Assembly (NCBI GenBank): GCA_036444275.1 | Contig: JAZGAD010000028.1 | Span: forward strand, 1-64,000 | Length of the DNA: 64,000 bases | Direction: 5' to 3' | DNA from: Candidatus Hydrothermarchaeales archaeon | GTDB lineage: Archaea > Hydrothermarchaeota > Hydrothermarchaeia > Hydrothermarchaeales > JAZGAD01 | Shown: one piece after another, positions 27,355 through 37,226 of the stretch | Layout: each line of letters starts with the position of its first letter | How positions within the stretch are numbered: the first letter of the stretch is position 1 | Made by a program: the position numbers and the translations under genes | The notes under the pieces: model-generated | The model's database searches: none | Told to the model about the DNA's origin: nothing | What the model saw: the letters and a program-made list of their open reading frames with translations, nothing else

Positions 27355-29022
27355 ATGAAGAAGATGTTGAATCCAAGGGTTAGCTTAGGTGTTATCATAA
27401 TATGTACTATCCTCATAGCAATTCCCCTATTCCGCCCAGGATATATAGATACTCATGATGGCAACTACCATCTGTTGCGCCTGATGGATATGCACAGGAG
27501 CATTGAGGATGGTGGTTATTATATCAGATGGCTGCCTGATTTGAACAGCGGGTACGGGAGCCCGATCTTTAATTTTTACCCGCCCTTGGCATACTATGTC
27601 GCAGAATTATTCCACATTGTAGGTCTCGGCTTCATCGATTCTATGAAATCTACTTATTTCATCGGATTTCTTCTATCCGGGATTGCTATGTACATGTTTG
27701 CGAGGGATGTGCTAGGTGAAAAAGCGGGACTTGTAGCGGCTGTAGCTTATATATATGCTCCCTACCACTTGGTAGATGTTTACGTTCGCGGTGCCTTCGG
27801 TGAGTTCCTCTCGTTTGGACTAATCCCACTGGTGTTATGGTCTTTTTACAGACTTGCAAATACGGGGGATAGAAGGTATGCGGTGAGCGCTGCCCTTTCT
27901 TACGCCCTGCTAATAACAACACACAATGTGAATGCACTTATTTTCACCCCGATATTTTTACTTTATATAGTTTTTTTACGCTCGAAAGAAAGGCGTAGGC
28001 ATGACTTCGCCAAGTTCGCTTTTCTGGCAATGTTATATGGCATCGGACTAAGCGCGTTTTACTGGCTCCCAGCGTTATATGAAAGTCAGTTTATACAGAT
28101 TTACAGGACAACCTATGGTTACTTTGGCTATCCTCTGCATTTCGTTTATCCAAAACAGCTATTTTTACCGTACTGGGGCTATGGTTATAGCGTGCCTGGC
28201 ATAAAGGATGAGATGTCTTTCCAAATAGGCACGGCATATGTAATGCTGTCGCTTCTATCTGTGGTGCTCATTAAAAGGGCGGGAGAAAAGCATCGGGTAG
28301 CAAAACCCCACATAACCCTATTTCTAATAATTACGGCTATAGGTATAATGCTCATGCTACCGGCGTCTACGCCTGTATGGGCGCTCTTGCCCTATGTAGA
28401 GTTCATTCAATTTCCATGGCGCATGCTGGGCGTAACGATGCTAACGACCTCTTTTTTATGCGGCGCAACTACACTATTATTCGAAGATAGGCTGAAAGAC
28501 CTGGCAGTCCTATTTTTATTATTGATACTAATCCTTCCCCCATTAGGTTATGCAAAGGCCAATTACACTCATATCAACGAATCAAAGTGGACTCCTGAAA
28601 GAATTTTGGAATCAGGCTATAGCGCTACTGCCCGAAACGATTATTTGCCAATCACTGTCTTGGAAATAACTAATAAATCTGCACCCGACAGGATATCTGT
28701 GATATCGGGAAATGCTATAGTCGAACTTCTTGAACACAGAGCAACTGTATATCGAATTAGAGTACACGCAGATACGAAAGCAGAGATCAGGGTCGACAAT
28801 TACTGGTTCCCAGGCTGGAGGACATATGTGGATGATATGGAGGTCGAGATAAAGGACAATAAGTTCGGTGTCATACAGTTCGAAGTTCCTACTGGCAATC
28901 ATATAGTTTTAATTAGATTTGAAGATACATTCATAAGAAAAGTTGGGAAGGCGGTGTCTTATATGTCCCTGTTGTTGCTTTCTGCTCTCTATTTTTACGA
29001 AAGGGAAACCTCTCGAATATAA
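27355..29022 (+). CDS. GT-C membrane protein (PTPS-related/YfhO-like family)
   Basis: THDGNYH, GYGSPIFNFYPPL, APYH...RG..GE, IQFPWR, YWFPGW; ATG 27355 with TATA upstream. Confidence 0.82.
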   Translation: MKKMLNPRVSLGVIIICTILIAIPLFRPGYIDTHDGNYHLLRLMDMHRSIEDGGYYIRWLPDLNSGYGSPIFNFYPPLAYYVAELFHIVGLGFIDSMKSTYFIGFLLSGIAMYMFARDVLGEKAGLVAAVAYIYAPYHLVDVYVRGAFGEFLSFGLIPLVLWSFYRLANTGDRRYAVSAALSYALLITTHNVNALIFTPIFLLYIVFLRSKERRRHDFAKFAFLAMLYGIGLSAFYWLPALYESQFIQIYRTTYGYFGYPLHFVYPKQLFLPYWGYGYSVPGIKDEMSFQIGTAYVMLSLLSVVLIKRAGEKHRVAKPHITLFLIITAIGIMLMLPASTPVWALLPYVEFIQFPWRMLGVTMLTTSFLCGATTLLFEDRLKDLAVLFLLLILILPPLGYAKANYTHINESKWTPERILESGYSATARNDYLPITVLEITNKSAPDRISVISGNAIVELLEHRATVYRIRVHADTKAEIRVDNYWFPGWRTYVDDMEVEIKDNKFGVIQFEVPTGNHIVLIRFEDTFIRKVGKAVSYMSLLLLSALYFYERETSRI

Positions 29023-30383
29023 ACTACGGCAACTTCATCTCGATATGTCTCTTCCCAATATCTGCTTTCGAGAAGGATTACGTCTAAGGGCTCGCCTATA
29101 GGGATCAGAACGATGCTGACCTCATGTTTATCCAGAACCTCTCTCCACTTAGGTTCAATGCGATGCACGGTGAGGTATTCGTATATAAAATCCCCATACA
29201 TATCTGCCCTTCCATCAATAAAAACCCTATAATTTGGATAGAGGCGCAATATAGCGTAGCCCCCCCAGTGGTATACATTATACATATTCCCGGAATAGTT
29301 GTTTTCTAAAAGAAAGTCTACAGCATTTTCAGGGAACCTATTAGGCTGGGGTGAAGTCGCCAAAGCACTGCCGATTGTGAAATAAGCGTATAGAAAAGAT
29401 ATTGTGCCCAGAATGACGAAGGTATAAAGAAAGCCCCTTAGGAATATCCTGTTAACTCTAATATCGACTCCATCGAGGTATCCTCTTACAGTGCTTTCAG
29501 TATACTTGGCGATTATTGGAGCGCACACTAAGGCGTAAAGGGAGATATTCCTAGTAGCGAAGAGGGAGAGATGGGTGAAGATAATGAGCAAGATGAGGTC
29601 TCTATTACTTACTTTTATTTTAGATTTCGCCAGCGCTATAATACTCAGCAACAGCATAGCTTCATAGGTACTGAACTGATGGAAAATAGGTGAACGCCAT
29701 TCCAGGATGAATTTTGCATGGATGGATTCATAGGCGTACTGAATAGGGTATAAAAGCAGCTTATAGGTGTACGGGTTGAATAAGGAGGCAAATGTACATG
29801 CACCAGTAATATAGACGAGTTTCCTAGATTTTGAGGTAAGAGCATAGATTCCAGTTAATAAAATGCCCAGGATGAAGCCACCATGGAGATTCGCCCAAAG
29901 CAACATCAAAATCGGCAATGTCCAGAGCTTATCTATCCCCTTTGCATATAGATCTAGGATGTAGATATATACCGAGACTAAGGCAAAGGTAAAAATCATG
30001 GGACGCTCTAACCAAGCACCTTTACTCATTTCTATAACCGCTAAAATGAGTAGTATGTTGAAGAAAGGGCTTGTAAAAAATGATGATCTCTTATATAAAA
30101 AGCCGAATGCAATGAGTATAGCTAAGGCTTTTAAAAGCACCAAACCCTTGAAGCCTAATGCTTCGTAGGACAAGAAGAATATTACCTCGGATAGCCACTC
30201 ATGATCAAGCCACTCCGTCCCATAGTTAGTATGGGAAAAGACATCTATGCGGGGTATTTCGCGATTTTCAAGGATGTATCTTCCAGTGGATAGATGCCAC
30301 CAAAGATCGTAGTCAGTTATGGGGCTGATGGAAGTGAGGACAATAATGACGAAAAGGCTCAAAATGGCGAGTTTTTTAATCAT
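28995..30383 (-). CDS. GT-C fold membrane glycosyltransferase
   Basis: DYDLWWHL, HEWL, ERP, LWANLHGGF, NPY, I.EW, WGGY, FIDGRADMY. Confidence 0.78.
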   Translation of the reverse strand: MIKKLAILSLFVIIVLTSISPITDYDLWWHLSTGRYILENREIPRIDVFSHTNYGTEWLDHEWLSEVIFFLSYEALGFKGLVLLKALAILIAFGFLYKRSSFFTSPFFNILLILAVIEMSKGAWLERPMIFTFALVSVYIYILDLYAKGIDKLWTLPILMLLWANLHGGFILGILLTGIYALTSKSRKLVYITGACTFASLFNPYTYKLLLYPIQYAYESIHAKFILEWRSPIFHQFSTYEAMLLLSIIALAKSKIKVSNRDLILLIIFTHLSLFATRNISLYALVCAPIIAKYTESTVRGYLDGVDIRVNRIFLRGFLYTFVILGTISFLYAYFTIGSALATSPQPNRFPENAVDFLLENNYSGNMYNVYHWGGYAILRLYPNYRVFIDGRADMYGDFIYEYLTVHRIEPKWREVLDKHEVSIVLIPIGEPLDVILLESRYWEETYRDEVAVVYIREVSLS

Positions 30384-30422
30384 ATTTTAGCCTAGCGCCC
30401 TCGATTATGTCTTCGCCGTTAT

Positions 30423-30486
30423 AAAAAAGAAAAAAAGAAAAATAAGAACGCCCTATAAATGCTATTTCGCTCGTTCGGCGTTCTTA
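30423..30486 (-). terminator. Hairpin plus U-tract terminator after the pilin gene
   Basis: TAAGAACGCC (30443-30452) / GGCGTTCTTA (30477-30486) perfect 10-bp inverted repeat, followed on the minus strand by about 20 nt of T-rich sequence. Confidence 0.75.
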
Positions 30487-30714
30487 CGACGTCATTCCTG
30501 CTATCTCGTTTGTTATTATGCTTTGCATCTCCGTAGTAGCATTGCCGGTTGAAGCCTCCAGTCTCTCTCCAGCTGTTCTCGTCATCCTTGAGTAGATGGC
30601 GAAGATTACCACGGCTGCCACTATGATGCCACCAGCTAGCAGAATGTACTCGATGGCACCTTGCGCTTCTTCTTCTTTCAAAAATCTCTTTAACATTTTT
30701 TTACTAACCTCCAT
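30484..30714 (-). CDS. Probable major pilin (EpdE-like size)
   Basis: EEEA/QGAIEYILLAGG; 76 aa; own TTTATATA box and strong terminator; sequon NAT. Confidence 0.88.
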   Translation of the reverse strand: MEVSKKMLKRFLKEEEAQGAIEYILLAGGIIVAAVVIFAIYSRMTRTAGERLEASTGNATTEMQSIITNEIAGMTS

Positions 30715-30802
30715 TTCCCGTTATTAAACAGCAAATACACTCGTCTACTATATAAAGTAAATCTTTGCATATTTGTAAACTCTGGGTTTACGAATTTGTT
30801 AA

Positions 30803-31741
30803 TTAGAACATTGCCATCGCCTTTGGCATACCCGTCTTTACTACTATGAAGACGACGTAGGCTATTAGGCCCATTGGCACCATAAATTTGAATCCCTTCT
30901 TCATACTACCGTACATGACAACACCCATCATTAGTGCAGAGCTAACAGCTTGTGCGACCACATAGAAGGTTAAAGCATCAACAACCTTGTATATCTCCCC
31001 TAGGGGGAATTGTCCGCCTAGGTCACTGGTCATGCTAGCCATTACATCCGGTAAGGCAGCGACTACACCCATGACAAACGGCCCTGCCATAAGGGATGCC
31101 ATAGCCAAGAAGGATATCTGCTGGGAAGTCAGGGTCTTTCTTTCTCTCTGGATTGTTCTCACTGCACGCATGTCATCGCTAACCTCGTCGAGGACATCGC
31201 TAATAGGCCCACCGAACTCAACCCCCTCTAACAGGAGGTGCATGGCTCTACTCACTTCTTTGGAGCCAACCTTGTTTGAAAACGCCATAAGAGCATCCTT
31301 AAGGGATCGTCCCCGCCGCATCTCCACCACTATCTGAGCGAATTCTTCTGACAACGGACCGTATTCGGATTCAGATATCTCCTTTATCACACTCTCCAAC
31401 ACGAGCCCGGTTCTTATCGCTACAGACATATGATGAAGGGCGTCTGGAAGCGCTTCCTCTACACTCTCCCTCCTCTTATCAGCCTGCATCCGTGGGATAA
31501 CCATCATTGCGGCTACGGCTCCTAAGAATATTCCAACGCCAACGACAAATGAAATGAGTAAAGACACCACTAGGAAAAGAACTGCGCCAATAAACAGGAA
31601 GATTCCGATCCATTCAACTGCTGAAAATGCTAGATTGGCATTAGCTAGCGACATGTCCAGATCTCGTCGGACCTTGTCAGGCACTAAAAACCGCGGGATA
31701 CGGATCCTCTTTACCACGCCCGTAATTCGATTCTCAGCCAT
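30803..31741 (-). CDS. Pilus platform protein, T2SSF/TadB-TadC family
   Basis: LPDALHHMS...G, YGPLSEEF, GGPISDVL. Confidence 0.92.
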   Translation of the reverse strand: MAENRITGVVKRIRIPRFLVPDKVRRDLDMSLANANLAFSAVEWIGIFLFIGAVLFLVVSLLISFVVGVGIFLGAVAAMMVIPRMQADKRRESVEEALPDALHHMSVAIRTGLVLESVIKEISESEYGPLSEEFAQIVVEMRRGRSLKDALMAFSNKVGSKEVSRAMHLLLEGVEFGGPISDVLDEVSDDMRAVRTIQRERKTLTSQQISFLAMASLMAGPFVMGVVAALPDVMASMTSDLGGQFPLGEIYKVVDALTFYVVAQAVSSALMMGVVMYGSMKKGFKFMVPMGLIAYVVFIVVKTGMPKAMAMF

Positions 31742-31765
31742 CTCTCTATCTCCTTTCTTTTCACC

Positions 31766-32896
31766 TTACACTTTAGGTTCAAACCTCTTTATCATGATGG
31801 ACATATAAACACCGATTCCGAAGAAAGCCATATAGAGTAGCCACATAATCTCAGGCGATATGGGCAGGCCTTTCATTGCTATCCCAAAGGCTATCACCAG
31901 GGTTGTTATAAGCACAGGCGCTACTACGACGGCGAACATGTACATCATGGAGAAGGTATTCAGGATCTGTATGAAGTCTTTGAGCTTCATCCTCATCTCG
32001 GTAGAAACTTCTTCTGCTATGACCTTCAGGGTATTTGCCAAATTACCACCTGTGCGCAGAGTCGAGATTATCTGCCTCGATGCCTTCTTTAGGCCATCAG
32101 ACTCTACGCGCAGATTCATCCTCTCGTAGGCCTCCTCTATGGTGGCACCCCTCTCTATTTCCAATATAGCCCTCTTGAATTCCTCGCTGAGAACACCGTA
32201 ATCACTCATCGATACCGAACGCATAGTTTCCAATAGTCCTGAGCCGGAAGTGAGCTGCGTAGACATGTGCCTGAGAGCGAATGGCAATTCCCTGCTGAAG
32301 CCATCAGACCGCCCTTTCACCTTAGACTTGGGATACATCTTCGCGAATATTAGAGTAAACAAGGCAATAGGCAAAGCAAGAACCAACCCTAAGGCACCAC
32401 CAGAAGCGCCCAGTACAGTGGCCAGGCCAATGCTGAAGACTATGCCGAAAACGACTCCAGTAATAACGCTGACGCCTACAGAAAGTGCTATGTACTTCGA
32501 AGCAGGCATCAAGATATTTGCCCGGTATAAGTCCTCTTGTATATTTGTGAAAAATGAGGACGGCCCAGCAGTATAGCCTGAGAAGAGATCCGAGATAATG
32601 TCAATCAGCCTCGCAGAGAAGGGCACCTTCAGTTCTTCTCTGTCAAGCTGGAATTCCGGCTTAACCTCTTCCTCAATCTCTGTACTAACAGCCTCCTTGA
32701 TCTTGGTGAGCTTCTCCTCCATTGCTTTACGCCTATCGCTATCTGTTTCCTTCTGCCGATCCAACAGGGCCCTTGCTGCTGCATCCTGCTCTTTGAAGAC
32801 CGTGGATAGCTCTGCAGCCCTGCGGTAGGCTCTCTCGGCTCCACTCAACGTGCTCTCTCCAACCCGATCCACAAGCCTCAACAAAATATTCGCCAT
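31766..32896 (-). CDS. Pilus platform protein, T2SSF/TadB-TadC family
   Basis: ELPFALRHMS, YGVLSEEF, TGGNLANTL. Confidence 0.92.
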   Translation of the reverse strand: MANILLRLVDRVGESTLSGAERAYRRAAELSTVFKEQDAAARALLDRQKETDSDRRKAMEEKLTKIKEAVSTEIEEEVKPEFQLDREELKVPFSARLIDIISDLFSGYTAGPSSFFTNIQEDLYRANILMPASKYIALSVGVSVITGVVFGIVFSIGLATVLGASGGALGLVLALPIALFTLIFAKMYPKSKVKGRSDGFSRELPFALRHMSTQLTSGSGLLETMRSVSMSDYGVLSEEFKRAILEIERGATIEEAYERMNLRVESDGLKKASRQIISTLRTGGNLANTLKVIAEEVSTEMRMKLKDFIQILNTFSMMYMFAVVVAPVLITTLVIAFGIAMKGLPISPEIMWLLYMAFFGIGVYMSIMIKRFEPKV

Positions 32897-32899
32897 TTT

Positions 32900-35800
32900 T
32901 TACCTCAGCCCCCCAATCTCGGTGAGCATCTCTTCAGGGTTAGTATAGTACCTATTGAAGACCTTAGCGACTTCAGCTATATGGGTAATATCGTGACCAA
33001 GCATCCATTCTAGCACTGCCTTTCTCCTCCGCATCTCCTCGTTGAATTCTTCCATACTAATCCCCTTGAGCCTCGCTATCTTCTGTTTCAAAATGCTCGG
33101 GGTACCAGTCGGTTTTAGGTCGTCTTGCCTTGGGTCCCATTCATAGACATTGTTGAGAAGCACTCTGTCTTTCTCTACGCCGCCGACTTCAGCAACCTCA
33201 GTTATCCTTCTTAGTGTCGCCCCCTCATGATAAATCTTGTTCTCCATGAGTATAAGATCCAATGCTGGAAGCATGATACTCGGGACATTCATAGGCGGGT
33301 TAGTGAGCCGTGTCACTGTCTCCCTCGCGCTGTTGGAGTGCAAAGTACCCATACAGCCATCATGACCAGTGTTCATGGCTGTAAACAATGTACGTGCCTC
33401 TTCACCTCGCACCTCGCCGACGATTATCCGGTCAGGACGCATACGAAGAGTATTCTTGACGAGGTCATCCATAGTAACCTCTCCCTCGCCTTCTACATTC
33501 GGTGGCCTCGTTTCGAGCCTTACGCAGTGCTCTATAGGTAAACGAAGCTCGGCTGTATCTTCAATGGTTATCACCCTATCGGTGCTGGGTATGAAAGAGC
33601 ATAGGCAGTTCAGCGTAGTCGTCTTGCCGCTTCCGCTTCCACCTGCAACAAGGATATTTCCTGGCTTGATGGCTAGGCCCTCAGCGACGAGCCAGAGGTA
33701 GGCACTTACCTCTGAATTTAAAGTCCTGAAGTTAATCAAGTTCACTACTGTAAGGGGATCTTTCCTGAACTTCCTTATAGTAAGGGTGGGCCCGGCGAGG
33801 GATATAGGGCGTACAGTAGCATTTACCCTTGAGCCATCAGACAACCTCGCATCCAAGAGGGGGGTAGACCGATCTATTCTTCTGCCAACTGAGCTGGCGA
33901 TCTTCTCTATTATTCTCACCGCGTCATCCTCGGTGTCGAAGGAGAGATTCGTCTTGCAGGTGCCGTATTTGCGGTGGTTTACATAGATAGGCTTCTTAGT
34001 TCCCACCATCATGATCTCTTCTAGGGAATCGTCTGCCAGTAGATACTCCAGGATTCCGTAGCCCGTCATGTCCAGAGCGATCATATTGGCTACGTCCTTC
34101 CGTTTGCTTGGTCCGATTGAGGTATATTTCTTCTCCATTATCTCCAAGATTTTAGTAGTGAAGAGCTCCCTAGCCGCCTCCTTGTTCTTCAGGGTAGTGG
34201 GATCCACTTCTATATCGCTTATAGCCTGCTTCTCTATATCCCTAAGGAGTGCTTTTTCCTTCTTCGAAAGAGGCGGGAGGGGTATTATATATCTGAGATT
34301 CTTTTCCGCTCCTATCCTCACTACCTTGTGAGACGGCTCCCGTTCGATGACCTCCTCCATTTGTTCTGTAGATGACTCATCACCTATTATATCCTCCAAG
34401 AAGCTGTATGCGCCCTTCTTCGTTTCTTTCTTGGTCTCCTTATCTTCCTTCTCCCCACTGAATTTGGCCAGCAATTTCTCTGGGGTTGTATAATACTCGT
34501 TTACCACGTGCCCCACGTCTTTGATGCCTCTTAGCCCCTCGCGAATGAGGTATTCCAGTACCTCTTTCCTCCTATTTAATTCCTCCTCCACCTCGCTCAG
34601 TTTAACACCCCTTAATTCAGCTAGCCTAGCCTTGAGAATGCTTGGCGTGCCAGTGGGTTTCACCTTGTCGTCCTTAGGATCCCACTCGAAGATTATATTC
34701 ATCTGAATCCTGCCATCCTCTATGCCGGTCACCTCTGCTATTTCTGTTATCCTCCTCACGGTCTTCCCCTTGTATGTGAACTTATTCTGCATTAGGATGA
34801 GATTCAGAGATGGTATCATCACAACCGGGACACTCATCGGGGCGCTGCTTAGCCTGGTAATAGTCTCCTTGGCGGTATTGGCATGTATGGTTCCAAGGCA
34901 GCCGCTCTGCCCGGTGTTCATAGAGGCTAGGAGCGTCTTAGCTTCGCCCCCCCTGACCTCGCCGACTATTATCCGGTCAGGACGCATACGAAGAGTATTC
35001 TTCAAGAGCATATCCATGTTCACCTCCCCACGGCCCTCGATATTCGGTGGCCTCGTCTCCAGCCTGACCCAGTGCTCCAGTGGCAATTGCAGCTCGGCTG
35101 TGTCCTCAATGGTTATCACCCTATCGGCGCTGGGTATGAAGAGACCCAGACAGTTCAGTGTAGTCGTCTTACCAGAGCCTGTTCCCCCCGAGACAAGGAT
35201 GTTAGCTGGCTTCGCTCCATAGCCATCTACAGCCAGCCATAGGAATGACGCAAGCTCGGGTGTCAGGGTGCCGAAGTTGATTATATCTACAACAGTGAGG
35301 GGATCTGCCTTGAACTTCCTAATGGTGAGAGACGGGCCGTCAAGAGAGACCGGTCGAACAGTGGCGTTTACCCTTGAGCCATCAGACAGCCTCGCATCCA
35401 AGAGCGGCGCACTCAGATCCACGCGCCTCCCGATGGAACGAGCGATCCTGTCAATTATGCCTAGCGCTTCCTCATCTTCATCGAAGATTATGTTAGTCTT
35501 GCACATACCATGCTTCCGATGGTAGACATAGACGCTCTTCTTCGTTCCCACTAGCATTACTTCTTCCAGGGCATCGTCTAGGAGCAATGGCTCCAGGAGC
35601 CCGTATCCTACCATGTCCTGGACTATTAACTCTGCTAGCTCCCGCCTCTTGTGCTGTGGTATCCCTTTTGAATTAGAATCCACTAGCTTCATGACTTCGT
35701 TCAGGAAGACCTTTTTCTTCTTCTCCGGGTCCAAAATGCTCTCTGGATCTATGGTTATCTCTGCAATAGCCTTATTCTCGATCGTTTTAAGGATCTTCTT

Positions 35801-36022
35801 TTCCTTTTCGTCCAGCTCCGGTAAAGAGACCACATAGATAGGAGTCTTCTCATCCTTCTTCCTCACGATCTTGTATCCAAGTCCCTCTTCTATGACCTCT
35901 CCCTCGATCTCCTTCTCGAATTTACTGGCCCTGTCAACTAAGCCGAATAAATCGTATTCCTTTTCAAGGATCTCTCCCCCGTCTATATCCTCTATCCTTT
36001 TGCCCGAAAAACTAGGTGCCAT
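32900..36022 (-). CDS. Pilus assembly ATPase (CpaF/TadA/ArlI family) with two tandem full ATPase modules
   Basis: Two copies each of DARLSDGSRVNA, TIRKF, Walker A (GGTGSGKTT / GGSGSGKTT), TIEDTAEL, LRMRPDRIIVGEVRG, His box and RRITEIAEV/RRITEVAEV. Confidence 0.93.
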   Translation of the reverse strand: MAPSFSGKRIEDIDGGEILEKEYDLFGLVDRASKFEKEIEGEVIEEGLGYKIVRKKDEKTPIYVVSLPELDEKEKKILKTIENKAIAEITIDPESILDPEKKKKVFLNEVMKLVDSNSKGIPQHKRRELAELIVQDMVGYGLLEPLLLDDALEEVMLVGTKKSVYVYHRKHGMCKTNIIFDEDEEALGIIDRIARSIGRRVDLSAPLLDARLSDGSRVNATVRPVSLDGPSLTIRKFKADPLTVVDIINFGTLTPELASFLWLAVDGYGAKPANILVSGGTGSGKTTTLNCLGLFIPSADRVITIEDTAELQLPLEHWVRLETRPPNIEGRGEVNMDMLLKNTLRMRPDRIIVGEVRGGEAKTLLASMNTGQSGCLGTIHANTAKETITRLSSAPMSVPVVMIPSLNLILMQNKFTYKGKTVRRITEIAEVTGIEDGRIQMNIIFEWDPKDDKVKPTGTPSILKARLAELRGVKLSEVEEELNRRKEVLEYLIREGLRGIKDVGHVVNEYYTTPEKLLAKFSGEKEDKETKKETKKGAYSFLEDIIGDESSTEQMEEVIEREPSHKVVRIGAEKNLRYIIPLPPLSKKEKALLRDIEKQAISDIEVDPTTLKNKEAARELFTTKILEIMEKKYTSIGPSKRKDVANMIALDMTGYGILEYLLADDSLEEIMMVGTKKPIYVNHRKYGTCKTNLSFDTEDDAVRIIEKIASSVGRRIDRSTPLLDARLSDGSRVNATVRPISLAGPTLTIRKFRKDPLTVVNLINFRTLNSEVSAYLWLVAEGLAIKPGNILVAGGSGSGKTTTLNCLCSFIPSTDRVITIEDTAELRLPIEHCVRLETRPPNVEGEGEVTMDDLVKNTLRMRPDRIIVGEVRGEEARTLFTAMNTGHDGCMGTLHSNSARETVTRLTNPPMNVPSIMLPALDLILMENKIYHEGATLRRITEVAEVGGVEKDRVLLNNVYEWDPRQDDLKPTGTPSILKQKIARLKGISMEEFNEEMRRRKAVLEWMLGHDITHIAEVAKVFNRYYTNPEEMLTEIGGLR

Positions 36023-36050
36023 TTGACTCCCTATGTATATCGTATTCTTA

Positions 36051-37226
36051 CTATGTAAAAATATTTCTTAACTTAGAGGCTAAGGAAGCTTGCAATGCAT
36101 GGTAATGGAGTACACCCTCAGCTGTCTCATTCGTTTTATAGTCAAAGGAAGCTGTCTCTTTAGAATAGAGCGAGTACTTAGAGTCCCTGCCAACTGCTAT
36201 ACAGGTATTCTCCCGAAGCTCAAGCATTACCCTTCCGCTCACCCTTTCCTGGCTACTATCTATAAAGGCATCCAAGTCCTTCTTCAAGGGTTCAGTCCAC
36301 AGGCCGGCATAGACTAGCTCGCTCCAGGCAGAGCCTACAGCCTCCTTGAATCGGAGCTCCTCCCTAGTCAGCACCAACTGCTCCAGCTGCGTATGTGCCG
36401 TGATGAGGGATATCGCCGCTGGACACTCATATACCTCTCTGGTCTTGATACCCAAAATGCGGTCTTCCACTATGTCTATCCTACCCACGCCGTGTCTCCC
36501 AGCGATGCCATTCATCTCTGCCACTAGATCAGCCGGTGGAAGTTTTTTTCCATTCAACGCCACTGGTACACCAGCTTCAAATGCTATTTCCACGACTTCG
36601 GTCTCAGCTACGGTTACCTTGGTCCACTCAAAGATTTCTTCTGGAGGTGGGTTATTCGGGTCTTCTAGGTCGCCGCCTTCTATGCTCCTGCCCCAGAGGT
36701 TTTCGTCTACACTGTAGGGCTTATCCAAATCCACTGGTATAGGTATGCCTTTCTCTTCAGCATATGCTATGCTCTCTTTTCTGGTGAGATTCAGCTCTCT
36801 AATAGGTGCTATAATTTGCATACCTGGTGCTTGTGACCTGAATACTGTTTCAAACCTGAACTGGTCGTTTCCCTTGCCTGTAGCACCATGAGCTAAGGCA
36901 TCTGCTCCCTCTTTCTTTGCGACCTCTACTACTTTGGATGCTATCAGGGGTCTGGCTAATGCCGTGCTCAAGGGATATCCTTCGTAAAGGGCATTTGCCT
37001 TCAATGCACGGAAAGCATAGTCCCTCGCGAATTCCCCCTTAACATCGAGGGTAACGTGCTTTGCTACGCCCAGCGTCTCTGCCTTCTTTTCAGCTTCTTC
37101 TATGCTCTCTTTTGGTAGGCCTACATCCACAATGACGGTGACGACATCGCATTCATACTTCTCCTTCAAGAGCTCTATACATACACTGGTATCTAATCCG
37201 CCGGAATAAGCTAGCACAGCCTTCAT
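36051..37226 (-). CDS. argG: Argininosuccinate synthase
   Basis: [33 protein letters not shown]. Confidence 0.97.
   Translation of the reverse strand: MKAVLAYSGGLDTSVCIELLKEKYECDVVTVIVDVGLPKESIEEAEKKAETLGVAKHVTLDVKGEFARDYAFRALKANALYEGYPLSTALARPLIASKVVEVAKKEGADALAHGATGKGNDQFRFETVFRSQAPGMQIIAPIRELNLTRKESIAYAEEKGIPIPVDLDKPYSVDENLWGRSIEGGDLEDPNNPPPEEIFEWTKVTVAETEVVEIAFEAGVPVALNGKKLPPADLVAEMNGIAGRHGVGRIDIVEDRILGIKTREVYECPAAISLITAHTQLEQLVLTREELRFKEAVGSAWSELVYAGLWTEPLKKDLDAFIDSSQERVSGRVMLELRENTCIAVGRDSKYSLYSKETASFDYKTNETAEGVLHYHALQASLASKLRNIFT

Noticed and set aside
27355-29022. Functional link between the 'PTPS-related' membrane protein and queD or pterin synthesis
   Set aside because: The family name is historical; the sequence is a multi-TM GT-C-like protein with no T-fold motifs.
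30775-30791. GTAAAC-N5-GTTTAC inverted repeat upstream of the pilin promoter
   Set aside because: Only 6-bp arms and no matching site upstream of the paralogous pilin; cannot be told apart from chance or a weak terminator.
32900-36022. Intein or simple assembly duplication as cause of the long ATPase
   Set aside because: No intein splice or LAGLIDADG motifs are visible, and the two halves differ at many positions, so it is not an exact repeated contig segment.
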